Origin: Eledone cirrhosa | Taxonomy: Eukaryota | NCBI GenBank assembly: GCA_964016885.1 | Contig: OZ024748.1 | Span: 44,950,001-45,014,000 of the forward strand | Length of the DNA: 64,000 nt | Reading direction: 5' to 3' | Part shown: piece after piece, positions 52,555-64,000 of the stretch | Layout: each line of letters begins with the position of its first letter | Numbering within the stretch: the stretch's first letter is position 1 | Notes under the pieces: model-generated | What the model saw: the letters and a program-made list of their open reading frames with translations, nothing else | Told to the model about the DNA's origin: nothing | Database searches by the model: none | Program-made: the position numbers and the translations under genes

Positions 52555-55126
52555 GTTTTGAGAAAGGGGTAACGGAGACGATATGTTTTCTCACATATGT
52601 TTGAGAAACACACAGTATTTTTTAAACACATATAAAGCATATTGTATGTACTTTAGGATGAAAAAGTTATATCTTCCTTCAGCGCTGTTTCATCGTCCAA
52701 AAAAACCGAAGCGAACAATTGATCTAAGTAATTGACTATCGATTACCAACTATCGATTTTGGTAAAACAACGGGAGGGAACTAATTATCAGAGGAATTCC
52801 CTTTATATATACCCCACACTGTACAAAATACCTTTATATCTGTCGAGAGTAGAGAGTTTGTTTAAATCTCTACCCCACATGTTGTTTTAAAAGGTTCAAT
52901 GGCCAGGACATAAATAAGACTGGACGTCCATATAAAAATGTAATTATATAGTACCAAGGAACTATGGCTTAGGAACATGGCTTAGGAACATGGCTTAGGA
53001 ACATGAATTACAGGGAATAGTAACTATAGATTAATGTAAATACTAAAGAGCTAAACATAAATAACTATTGTAAACCATAGCAAATGGACTATGTGAAGTC
53101 TAAAAACATCTGACTGATAAAATGACAAGTCAGTCACTCATATTGTTGGCCTCCCCACAGCCCCGGCGGACAGAATAGAGAAGGCGTTTCTCGGGAGGAT
53201 GGTGAGAGAGACGCGTTTATAATCTACATATATTTGTGAATGGTAGACAGGCTGACTATATCGTAGGTTATCAAAAACTTAACTACCCATTCAGTGATAG
53301 TGGAACAATAGTGACATAAATGCATATCGGCCTTGTTTCTATAACGAAAAATAGTGCAATATGCTGACTCGGTCATGCAAAAATAAATTTCAATGGATTT
53401 TAGCTTGGGCCTAGATACTTACCCATCCAGAAACAGTTTAGAGAAGTGAACGAGAAGTAGACGAAGTGTTGTGTTAATACATAATTTTAGCCTGTTACTG
53501 TAATTACCAAACAGATATTCCGATATATGGTAGATATAGAGACATGAATAACATATAGTCGAGGTTATGTAAAAGATAATTGTTTCTACTGTTGGCACAA
53601 GGCCAGCAATTACCCAGTGCATTACTGGTACTTTATTTTATCAACCCCGTAAGGATGAAAGGCAAAGTTAACCTTGGCAAGATTTGAACTCAGAATGGCA
53701 AGGGCTGTAACTCCATGTGTCAAACCAAAGCGTCCGACCCTCTACCGATACTGCCAATCCACCGCCCTGTTATGTAAAAGATAATGGTTTCTTATATAGA
53801 CACAAGACCAGTAACTCGGGGGAGGAGGGGAAAGTCGACTGAATCGACCCCAGTGCGTGACTGGTACTTTATTTTATATAAAAGATAATGGAATGATATA
53901 CCCTATGTGCAGGGGAGGTGGAAACATCTCTGAATTTAGGGGTGGGTGGGGTGGGGGCAAATGAGATCAATCTAAATGTAGTGATTAGTTTAACACTTTT
54001 TGCACTCTGATCAGAAAAGTTCGATATGCGATAAACATAACATGTAGAGAAACTGTATGGCATAACCAAATAGATGTGTTTTGGTAGTTTGGGGAGAAAC
54101 TACCAAAACATACTTCCAATATCCCTCTCTATATCAATTAACACAAAACTCTCCCCCTCTCTATATCTACTACACGGCACTCTCTCCCATCCGATAGACG
54201 TGCATTACTTCGCTCCGGATTTTTAGAGATTATTGTTAAAAAAACTGTGAGTTCATTGTTCAATTTGTTAGTATTGTTTAGTTTAACCCCTTGTCTAGGC
54301 CTTCAGACGTTGAGTTAACTAATTTTCGCCCCTATTTGGGGCGAAATTTTCATCTCAAAATCTGTGTAAACTTGGTAGTCAATAATGGATGCCATTTCAA
54401 CCTCGCACACTGTAGTGAGTGCCACGTCCACTAAGAAAAGTGGTGGAGAGAAGGTAGGAGTACAAAGCTTGCAGCCTTCCCCCCTCGCCTTATCGAAGAA
54501 CGTTGAAAATATTGAAACCACGGAACCAAACCCGGTAAATATTACCAGCACCAACAACAAGAACAATGACAGTAACACCACAACCAACAACTGCAACAAT
54601 AACAACACCAAGGAAAACATGAACAATATCAACAACAGTGACAACAACAACAGCAACAAAAAAGACAACAACACCAAAACAACGTTCGCACAAACTGTAA
54701 ATTGACATAACTAATGCAAAACAACTACTACAAGACGCAAAACAATTCGTGACTTTTGGCGAAAACGGTGCTTTTAGCATCAATTCTCCACAGGTATAAC
54801 GTAGAGAGGCTGTCCTGAAAACCACAGTTTTCAGGACAATATCTAACGAAACCAGAAAACCAGCTCAATTATCACAAAATGAAATTGTGCTGGTTCTAAA
54901 AGATGCAATGAAGGACATAACCTTCATCCAAAAAGGAAAACTGTTTGGTAGCATTTCGGTGCTAATGAATAACCAGCCAACAGCACAAGAATACTCTGTA
55001 TCCCCCATTGTGTCCCCCCGTTTCACCTTTTTCCCCACATACAGGGGAAAAAGGAGACAAAAAATAAAAATTATGAGTATCACACCAAGTGTAAATATTT
55101 GGTGGATACTATGTGGATTCATTGAT
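52555..55126. repeat. Right arm of the ~2.6-kb inverted duplication
   Basis: Reverse complement of 46658-49275 with SNPs and indels. Confidence 0.95.
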
Positions 55127-56607
55127 TTTGATGAAGACAGGATAATCTTAGTAGGAAAGTCCTCCGGAGGTGTATTTGGTGGGACTAGCGTAGAAATTCT
55201 GGTGCAAATGAACCCAGAACGAATAGCGAATATCCCACAACACGTGCCTCTGGACGGGCTAACCTATATAAACATTTCAGTTGAGGGTAGACGACCGTCA
55301 TGTTACCACTGCTTAAGCAGGGGTCACCTGGGGGCTGCCTGTCCTCAATTAACGAGTAAAAAAAAAGGCTCTTCTGCCAACCCCGAACACGACAACACAA
55401 CCACCACCACCACCACCACCACCACCACCACCACCACCACCACCACCACCACTACCACAACAACAACAACAACAACAACCACAACAACACGGAAAAATAA
55501 TAACACAAGACACTGTCCCACCCAACCCCTCTCCACCTAAAACAAATACAAAAGCAACCACAACAAAAGCCCAAAATATACCCCTCCCCAACAAAACGGA
55601 AGAGGACTCCGTATCAACGTCACCCAGTGACGACGAGGGAGAACCCTTCCTACAGGTGAAAAGGAAAAAAAAAGGCACCACATTAACAAAAATGCAACGA
55701 ACACACAACCACCAGCACAAACAGAACAAACATCACAAACAAAAAACCCCACCCCTCCCGAAAACATAACACATACTACAAAACGCAAACACGCACAAGA
55801 ACAACAAACAAAAACACAACACAACAAAATCACTATACATACATTAACAAGAACAATAAAACTTTGATGAAAGCGATAGAAAATAACCCTTCGGTAGAAA
55901 CCGAAGAGATCACTTTCACCTACGCAGCGGGCAAACCTAATGATGATTAGGGTCCCAACGGAAACCTATGTAACTCTGAAAAAGAACCATCCAATGGATG
56001 TGGGGCCCACTTGCACCAAACCACTTAACCGCGTCCTATTGAGATGTTTCCCCACCCCCACACCAGACACCCACACCCCAACCCCACCACACACTGATGT
56101 CCTTAACCCACCACAAACCACCACCCCACCAAACAACCCTTCCAACACCCCCATGGAAATTGTGCAGCCTGGTTCCCAGGAGACGAAGAGGTAAGTAATT
56201 TCCTTTCCTCTTCCTTTTAACTCTTCAGCATCAACATGGCCAATATAAGAGTTGGATGCGTGAATGCACGCGGCCTGGGGATATTCTGGAAACAGGGCAA
56301 ACTCTTAAATGACCTCAGGTTGCACAGAGTGGATGTAATGGCTACTTGCGAGTCCAGGATCAGCAGCGAGCGCCAACTGGCCCCCATCTTCGACGACTTT
56401 GAGATCTACGCATCTCTCTGTCAGCCGAGGGGTGGGGGCGGGGTTGTCGTTCTGCTGCGAAAACACCTGGGTCTTGCCACACAGAAGGTACACCTGGACC
56501 CGGAGGGTCGACTGGTGGTTCTAGACGTCGGCAGTAGTGAAGGTGGAGCCTTCAGGCTGGTGGCAGCGTATGCCCCATCTGGGACACCGCGACCGGACTT
56601 CTTCCGA
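54185..56607 (+). mobile_element. Tx1/L1-clade LINE 5' portion: disrupted gag-like ORF1 and start of ORF2 APE endonuclease
   Basis: Zinc knuckle CYHCLSRGHLGAAC at 55301-55342. ORF2 from 56236: MANIRVGCVNARGL...DVMATCESR...GVVVLL...D.EGR.V...RLVAAYAP. Truncated at about 56607. Confidence 0.88.
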
Positions 56608-56695
56608 ATTACCGAATATTATTATTGCCCAGAAACTGTTGAGTGCTTTGAATCAGTTGTAAACATCTATATTTGTTGGATTACCAACAATATCT

Positions 56696-56698
<3 letters not shown>
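56608..56698 (+). mobile_element. pLTR 3' tail related to the 9957-10311 family
   Basis: GAGTGCTTTGAATCAGTTGTAAACATCTATATTTGTTGGATTACCAACAAT aligns with the minus strand of 9975-10023 (GAGTGCTTTATATCAGTTATAAAATATTTACTTGTTGTATCCCAACAAT). Confidence 0.6.
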
Positions 56699-56737
<39 letters not shown>

Positions 56738-56740
<3 letters not shown>

Positions 56741-56921
56741 CGAAGGAAATGTGGTAAGGAACCAGGCGGACCATAACGCACCAAAGTACTCAATACTTAG
56801 GGTAGTAGAGTGGGTAATAGGAACAAGTAAGACCCCGACGGCTGAGCTCAAGCCGTTTCGACGGCTAATTCGAATTAGCCGTCGAAACGGCTTGAGCTCA
56901 GCCGTCGGTGTCTTACTTGTT

Positions 56922-56926
<5 letters not shown>
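56738..56926 (-). mobile_element. Half-hammerhead fold-back pLTR (family H), loop-less palindrome
   Basis: Palindrome 56817-56926 with its axis between 56871 and 56872 (GCTAATTC|GAATTAGC). Confidence 0.8.
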
Positions 56927-56972
<46 letters not shown>

Positions 56973-57004
56973 ATATGTATATATATATGTATATATACAT
57001 ACAT

Positions 57005-57064
<60 letters not shown>

Positions 57065-57069
<5 letters not shown>

Positions 57070-57272
57070 AACGAGTAGGACCCCGACGGCTGAGCTCAAG
57101 CTCTTTCGACGGCTAGTTCTGAACTAATTCTGCGTCCAGAATTAGCCGTCAAAACGGCTTGAGCTCAGCCGTCGGGGTCCTACTCGTTCCTATTACCCAC
57201 TCTACTACCCTAAGTATTGAGTACTTTGGTGCGTTATGGTCCACCTGGTTCCTTACCACATTTCCTTCGTTA
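57065..57272 (+). mobile_element. Half-hammerhead fold-back pLTR (family H)
   Basis: Short inverted arm 57065-57115, junction within stem II, long arm through ACTC..GAGTAC and ATG, then (TA)n. Confidence 0.8.
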
Positions 57273-57503
57273 TATATATATATATATAGTAGAATAATCG
57301 AGAATCGGAATATCAGCCCACGAAATCACGATAAACAATATCCGACATGTGTGGCAGAGGGCCCAATAATTTGGATAAATCAGAGCTATAACTATCGTTA
57401 AAATACCAACACACAGAGATCATGCCTAAAATCACCCGTGCAGCCGAAAAAGAACGACCAGGAAGATTCGGGTCACTCAAATAAAATATCAATAAATTAA
57501 TAA

Positions 57504-57852
<349 letters not shown>

Positions 57853-57856
57853 CATC

Positions 57857-57892
<36 letters not shown>

Positions 57893-57898
57893 TCTATA

Positions 57899-57972
<74 letters not shown>

Positions 57973-58059
57973 CATCTATATATATGTATATATATATACA
58001 TATATATAAATATGTATATATATATACATATATATAAATATGTATATATACTATATATA

Positions 58060-58118
<59 letters not shown>

Positions 58119-58123
58119 CATAC

Positions 58124-58260
<137 letters not shown>

Positions 58261-58261
58261 C

Positions 58262-58356
<95 letters not shown>

Positions 58357-58552
58357 TGAGTGAAAGAGGAAATAAAGAGAGGTAGAGGTGAGAGGAAGGA
58401 GAAAGAGACGTTGTTGTTGATTTACTGAACACACCTCCTACTACACCTCCTACTCGCGCCCCGCCCATCACTTACCTCCTCCTCCTCATTCTCCCCCCCC
58501 CCTTCTTCTTCTTCTTCTTCTTCTTCTTCTTTCACTGTTGTTCTACTGACAA

Positions 58553-60325
58553 TGATGGTGGTGGTGGTGGGCGTTTCCGTATAGTTTAGTGTTAATTAAC
58601 GATGTTGATGTTGATGATGATGATGGTAGTGGTGGTGGTGGTGTTGATGATTGTGGAGATGGTAGTGGTGGTGTTAGTGTTGATGATGATGGTGGAGATG
58701 GTGGTGGTGGTGGTGGTGGTGGTGGTGGTGGTGGTGTTGATGATTGTGGAGATGGTAGTGGTGGTGTTAGTGTTGATGATGATGGTGGAGATGGTGGAGA
58801 TGGTGGTGGTGGTGTTAGTGTTGATGATGATGGTGGAGATGGTGGAGATGGTGGTGGTGGTGTTAGTGTTGATGATGATGGTGGAGATGGTGGTGGTGGT
58901 GGTGGTGGTGGTGTTGATGATTGTGGAGATGGTGGTGGTGGTGTTAGTGTTGATGATGATGGTGGAGATGGTGGAGATGGTAGTGGTGGTGTTAGTGTTG
59001 ATGATGATGGTGGAGATGGTGGTGGTGGTGGAGATGGTAGTGGTGGTGGTGGTGGTGGTGTTGATGATGGTGGAGATGGTGGTGGTGGTGTTAGTGTTGA
59101 TGATGATGGTGGAGATGGTGGTGGTGGTGGAGATGGTAGTGGTGGTGGTGGTGGTGGTGTTGATGATGGTGGAGATGGTAGTGGTGGTGGTGTTGATGAT
59201 GATGGTGGAGATGGTGGTGGTGGTGGTGTGGTGGTGGTGATGGTGTTGATGATGGTGGTGGTGGAGATGGTGGTGGTGGTGGTGTTGATGATGGTGGTGG
59301 AGATGGTGGTGGTGGTGGTGGAGATGGTAGTGGTGGTGGTGGTGGTGGTGTTAGTGTTGATGATGATGGTGGAGATGGTGGTGGTGGTGGAGATGGTAGT
59401 GGTGGTGGTGGTGGTGGTGCTGATGATGGTGGAGATGGTAGTGGTGGTGGTGTTGATGATGATGGTGGAGATGGTAGTGGTGGTGGTGTTGATGATGGTG
59501 GTGGTGGAGATGGTGGTGGTGGTGTTAGTGTTGATGATGATGGTGGAGATGGTGGTGGTGGTGGAGATGGTAGTGGTGGTGGTGGTGGTGGTGCTGATGA
59601 TGGTGGAGATGGTAGTGGTGGTGGTGTTGATGATGATGGTGGAGATGGTAGTGGTGGTGGTGTTGATGATGGTGGTGGTGGAGATGGTGGTGGTGGTGTT
59701 AGTGTTGATGATGATGGTGGAGATGGTGGTGGTGGTGGTGGAGATGGTAGTGGTGGTGGTGGTGGTGGGGCTGATGATGGTGGTGGAGGTTGGTAGTGGT
59801 GGTGGTGTTGATGATGGTGGTGGTGGAGATGGTGGTGGTGGTGTGTGTTGTTATGTGTTGATGATGGTGGTGGTGATGGTTGTGGGTGGTGGTGGTGGTG
59901 GTTAGTGTGGTGGTGTGGTAGTGTTGTGTGGGGTGGTGGTGGTGGTGGTGGTGGTGGTGGTGGGTGTAGTGTTGATGATGATGGTGGAGATGGTGGTGGT
60001 GGTGGTGTGGTGGTGGTGATGGTGGAGATGGTGGTGCTGGTGGTGGTGTTAGTGTTGATGATGGTGGTGGTGGTGGTGGTGTTAGTGTTGATGATGGTGG
60101 AGATGGTGGCGGTGGTGGTGGAGTTGATGATGGTGGTGGTGGTGGTAGTGGTGGTGGTGGAGTTGATGGTGGTGGTGGTGGTGGTGGTGGTGGTGGTGGT
60201 GGTGGTAGAGTTGATGATGGTGGTGGTGGTGGCGGTGGTGGTGGTGGCGGTGGTGGTGGTGGTGGTGTTGATGGCGGTGTTGGTTATGAGAGTGGAGGTG
60301 GTGGTGGCGGTGTTGGTTATGGTAA
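58553..60325. repeat. (GGT/GAT)n compound minisatellite
   Basis: Direct inspection. Confidence 0.93.
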
Positions 60326-60396
60326 ATTAATGATGACGATGGTGGTAGTGATAGTCGTTGTACCTCACTCCTACACACTGGAAACGAGGAACATGC

Positions 60397-60435
<39 letters not shown>

Positions 60436-60904
60436 AACTACAGCAACAATAACATCATCATCACCAATAACACCAATAGCTTCTGTATCACAAACAACAA
60501 CACTAGAAACAGTCATAGCAATAAAAATTAGACAAGTGGAACCACCTTCTTCTTTTTCTTCTTTTTTTTCTTTTCTTCTTCTTCTTCTTCTTCTTCTTCT
60601 TCTTCTTCTTCTTCTTCTTCTTCTTCTTCACACTCCCACTCCCACACACACTCTACCACGCCCTCTCCCTCGCCCACTCATCCGCACACTCTCCCGCACT
60701 CTCTGACTTCCTCCACCTCCTCTCTTCCCTCTCTTTCTTTCTCCCTCCTATTTTCCATTACTCCTCCCTTCATAACACTCTCTCCCATCCTCCGCCATCT
60801 TCCACTCCACCCACTCCTCACTCCTCACCTTCTTTTCCAGCTATTTCATTTCGAGATTTATCCGTCCATATCTCTTCTATTTTCTCTTCTACATGCGATC
60901 CTAA

Positions 60905-61170
60905 CTGTTCCACATCTGTTGCACAACTGTTCCACATCTGTCCTACATCTGTTCCACATCTGTTCCACCATCTGTTGCACATCTGTTCCTCTCTGTTCAG
61001 CATCTGTTTTCCATCTGTTCTACATACGTTCCTATCTGTTCCACACCTATTCCACACCTGTTACACATCTGTTCTACATCTGTTCCACATCTGTTTTCCA
61101 TCTACTTTACCCCTCTTCCACGTGTATTCCACATCTTTTTCTCATATGTTCTACACCTGCTCTACATTTG
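60905..61170. repeat. Degenerate 11-bp repeat CTGTTCCACAT
   Basis: Direct inspection. Confidence 0.85.
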
Positions 61171-61261
61171 CCTCGCCTCTGTTCTACAGGGAAAGTGTCT
61201 CCCGGTTGACCAATGCCTTGTTAGTGAAATTTGGTAGACGTAAATTGTGCAGAAGCCCACC

Positions 61262-61307
<46 letters not shown>

Positions 61308-61310
<3 letters not shown>

Positions 61311-61498
61311 TAAGTTATTCCGGGTTGAATCGGAGGTAACCACAGTAAGTAAGGTACTCAATACATAGCAGAGTATAAAAGTTTTAATATAGAAGAGATT
61401 CTACAGGGGTAGAACTGTTTCATTCGTGAGAAATCATCAGGAATCATTCCTGATGATTTCTCACGAATGAAACAGTTCTAGCCCTGTAGAATCTCTCT
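61308..61498 (-). mobile_element. pLTR fold-back carrying two divergent hammerheads
   Basis: Palindrome 61394-61496 with its axis at 61445. The long (minus) arm continues through ACTC..GAGTAC (61354-61374) to (TA)n. Confidence 0.8.
61446..61492 (+). ncRNA. Type I hammerhead ribozyme (mirror copy on minus strand, 61398-61444)
   Basis: ATTC CTGATGA TTTC-TCAC-GAAT GAAA CAG-TTCTAGCC-CTG TA GAAT. Intact core, GUA cleavage triplet; the first stem II pair is a U-U mismatch. Confidence 0.75.
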
Positions 61499-61507
61499 TA
61501 TATATAT

Positions 61508-61615
<108 letters not shown>

Positions 61616-61714
61616 CAAATAGTAGAAAAGAAAAAGATTCTTTCTGTAGAAAATGTTGAAGAGATTTTTTTCACTGAGATATGAAAACATTAATTATTTA
61701 CAATACGTCCCTTT

Positions 61715-61835
61715 ACGGACTGAGTTCAAATCCCGCCGAGGTTAACTTTGCCTTTCATCCTTGCGGTGCCGATAAAATAAAGTACCAGTAAAACACTGGG
61801 ATAATTGCTGGCCTTGTGCCAAAAGTAGAAACAAT
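61715..61835 (+). mobile_element. tRNA-derived SINE (family B), 5'-truncated
   Basis: GAGTTCAAATCCCGCCGAGGTTAACTTTGCCTTTCATCC...GATAAAATAAAGTACCAG...AGTAGAAAC. Confidence 0.85.
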
Positions 61836-62860
61836 TAATTATTTACAATAGCGGTTTAAGCATTGTCAATTGCGGGTATGCAGAATATTGTTAAGTTCCA
61901 TATTTGTACAAATAGTGATAATAATAATAATAATGAAGGCAATAAAAATAAAATAAAAAAGGGAAGAAAAAAAATTAATTAATTTTTACATACATGTTCT
62001 TTCAGAGAAGTCATTTCTCTGTGTCTGTCCTACTTGGCTTCTAGCTTGGTACAACGGCGTGTCTGTGTATCTGGGTCAGTTTTGTTACGGATCTGTCAAT
62101 TCTCCCCGTCTGGTGAGGACATCTCTCACCCACATTGGGGTGGGTGAGAGATGTCTTCTGTGAAAATAAGTATAGCTTTCATTATGTAAAATCTCCCAAT
62201 TTGCTTCATTTCTTCCCGTTTTGGGGCACCTTTTTTCATAGCACGCCCCGTTTGGGCTTTTGAGGTTGGCAGGTCTCTTGTTAATGTGTCATAACTTAGC
62301 AATTCGACATAAAGAGGATCGATAAAATAAGTATCAGATCAGACATGAAATATTAAGATAAGCATCGTTGTTGTTACACTCGAGTCAGAAAGATCCCCTC
62401 TTTTCATGGCGGTATACAAACATGGCCGCTGTCTCGTGACTCTCATGACTGAAACCAGTTTAAAGAATAACCGAACAAAAGAATAAAAGAACGCAGAGAA
62501 TACAAAGGAAGAAATATGAGGAGATAACGAGGGAGAATATATATATAGAGATTCACAACATTTTAGAGGAGATTTTATTTTGCTTGTTTGTAGATATCTG
62601 GATATATCGGAGAAAGGAAGGAATGGGATTGGCTGAACCCGATGAAATATGGAAGAATTATGAGGAAAATACAATTAGAATGATTAAAGACAATTATGAA
62701 ATGGCAGATTATGGTTGGCAGTAAAGAAAGGGCAAATGATATTCTATAAAAGACATTCGTAAAGTAATATCAGTGATAAAATATAGAGTTATAGATAATG
62801 TTTAAAATGACGGAGAGCTGCTTTTGTAGGAATATCAGGTTTGGGATCTTATAACAGAAA

Positions 62861-62891
<31 letters not shown>

Positions 62892-62942
62892 AAATGAGAA
62901 ACGAAAATGAACAAAAGCATCGCGTAACAGGAGATAATTATT

Positions 62943-63007
<65 letters not shown>

Positions 63008-63227
63008 TCTATCTATCTATATATCTATCTATTGAGGTGAATACAGAATACAAAGTCACACACAGCTCCTCCCATGTAGCTTCCACACAGTTTCTCCCTC
63101 TTAGTTTCCTCACAACTCCTTCCACACAACCCCTTCCACACAACACCTTCCACACCCCTTCCACACAACCCCTTCCACACGATCCCTTTCACACAACTCC
63201 CCCCACACACAAAACCTTCCACACAAC

Positions 63228-63427
63228 NNNNNNNNNNNNNNNNNNNNNNNNNNNNNNNNNNNNNNNNNNNNNNNNNNNNNNNNNNNNNNNNNNNNNNNNN
63301 NNNNNNNNNNNNNNNNNNNNNNNNNNNNNNNNNNNNNNNNNNNNNNNNNNNNNNNNNNNNNNNNNNNNNNNNNNNNNNNNNNNNNNNNNNNNNNNNNNNN
63401 NNNNNNNNNNNNNNNNNNNNNNNNNNN
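63228..63427. other. Assembly gap (200 N)
   Basis: Run of N. Confidence 1.
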
Positions 63428-63548
63428 TTTTATCGACGCCGTAAGGATGAAAGGCAAAGTCAACCTCGGCGGGATTTGAACTCAGATCGTAAAGGGACGT
63501 AACTATGGTAGAAAGCATAGCGTCCGACTCTCTACCGATACTGCCAAC
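63428..63548 (-). mobile_element. tRNA-derived SINE (family B), cut by the gap
   Basis: Reverse complement reads TTGGCAGTATCGGTAGAG...GAGTTCAAATCCCGCCGAGGTTGACTTTGCCTTTCATCC. Confidence 0.8.
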
Positions 63549-63656
63549 CAAATAACGCAACATAACAAGATTGCCCGAAAACGTCAAACTACCACTGGTA
63601 CCACAGAATATAAACGTCTTTTATTAATGAACGTGTGACTTTGTGTGTGTGTATGG

Positions 63657-63761
<105 letters not shown>

Positions 63762-63878
63762 CCTCTCTCTCTCTCTATATATATATATATTACACATTTT
63801 TACTTATTCCTAATTAAACTATTTTTCACTGGGAACAATTTGTCAGCATTTTCTTTTCCTTTTACCAATATATATATG

Positions 63879-63994
<116 letters not shown>

Positions 63995-64000
63995 TATATA

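Noticed and set aside
58476-60900. Possible minus-strand host exons (donor GAG|GTAAGT at 58475, acceptor TTTCCAG near 60378, donor AAG|GTGAGG near 60828)
   Set aside because: Isolated splice-like signals in low-complexity DNA; no consistent reading frame or homology can be built without transcript data.

Overview
Eukaryotic, repeat-saturated, AT-rich window. The tRNA-derived SINEs with GTCGATAAAATAAAGTACCAG cores and the dense (TA)n/(CA)n tracts resemble an octopus or other coleoid cephalopod genome (recognition, not a database result). No host protein-coding gene can be called with confidence. Most long ORFs in the track are artefacts of micro- and minisatellites (75, ~88, 28, 37 and 63 bp units, plus GGT and CAA arrays). 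The real coding remnants are all transposon-derived: Penelope-like elements (GIY-YIG), RTE and CR1 LINE fragments, a Tx1/L1-clade element and Helitron pieces. The main hidden structure is a set of about 12 short, mostly (TA)n-flanked, non-coding Penelope-type terminal-repeat (pLTR) insertions carrying type I hammerhead ribozymes, found by reading CTGANGA...GAAA cores and their stems. Many of them are fold-back palindromes whose axis lies on or next to a ribozyme helix. Several share a downstream ACTC-N-GAGTRC hairpin. One is a retrozyme-like unit with a 593-nt period and a U3:A8 core variant. Also present: a twin-primed RTE insertion, a 2.6-kb inverted duplication, a minisatellite built from tRNA/B-box units and a minisatellite that repeats a splice donor.
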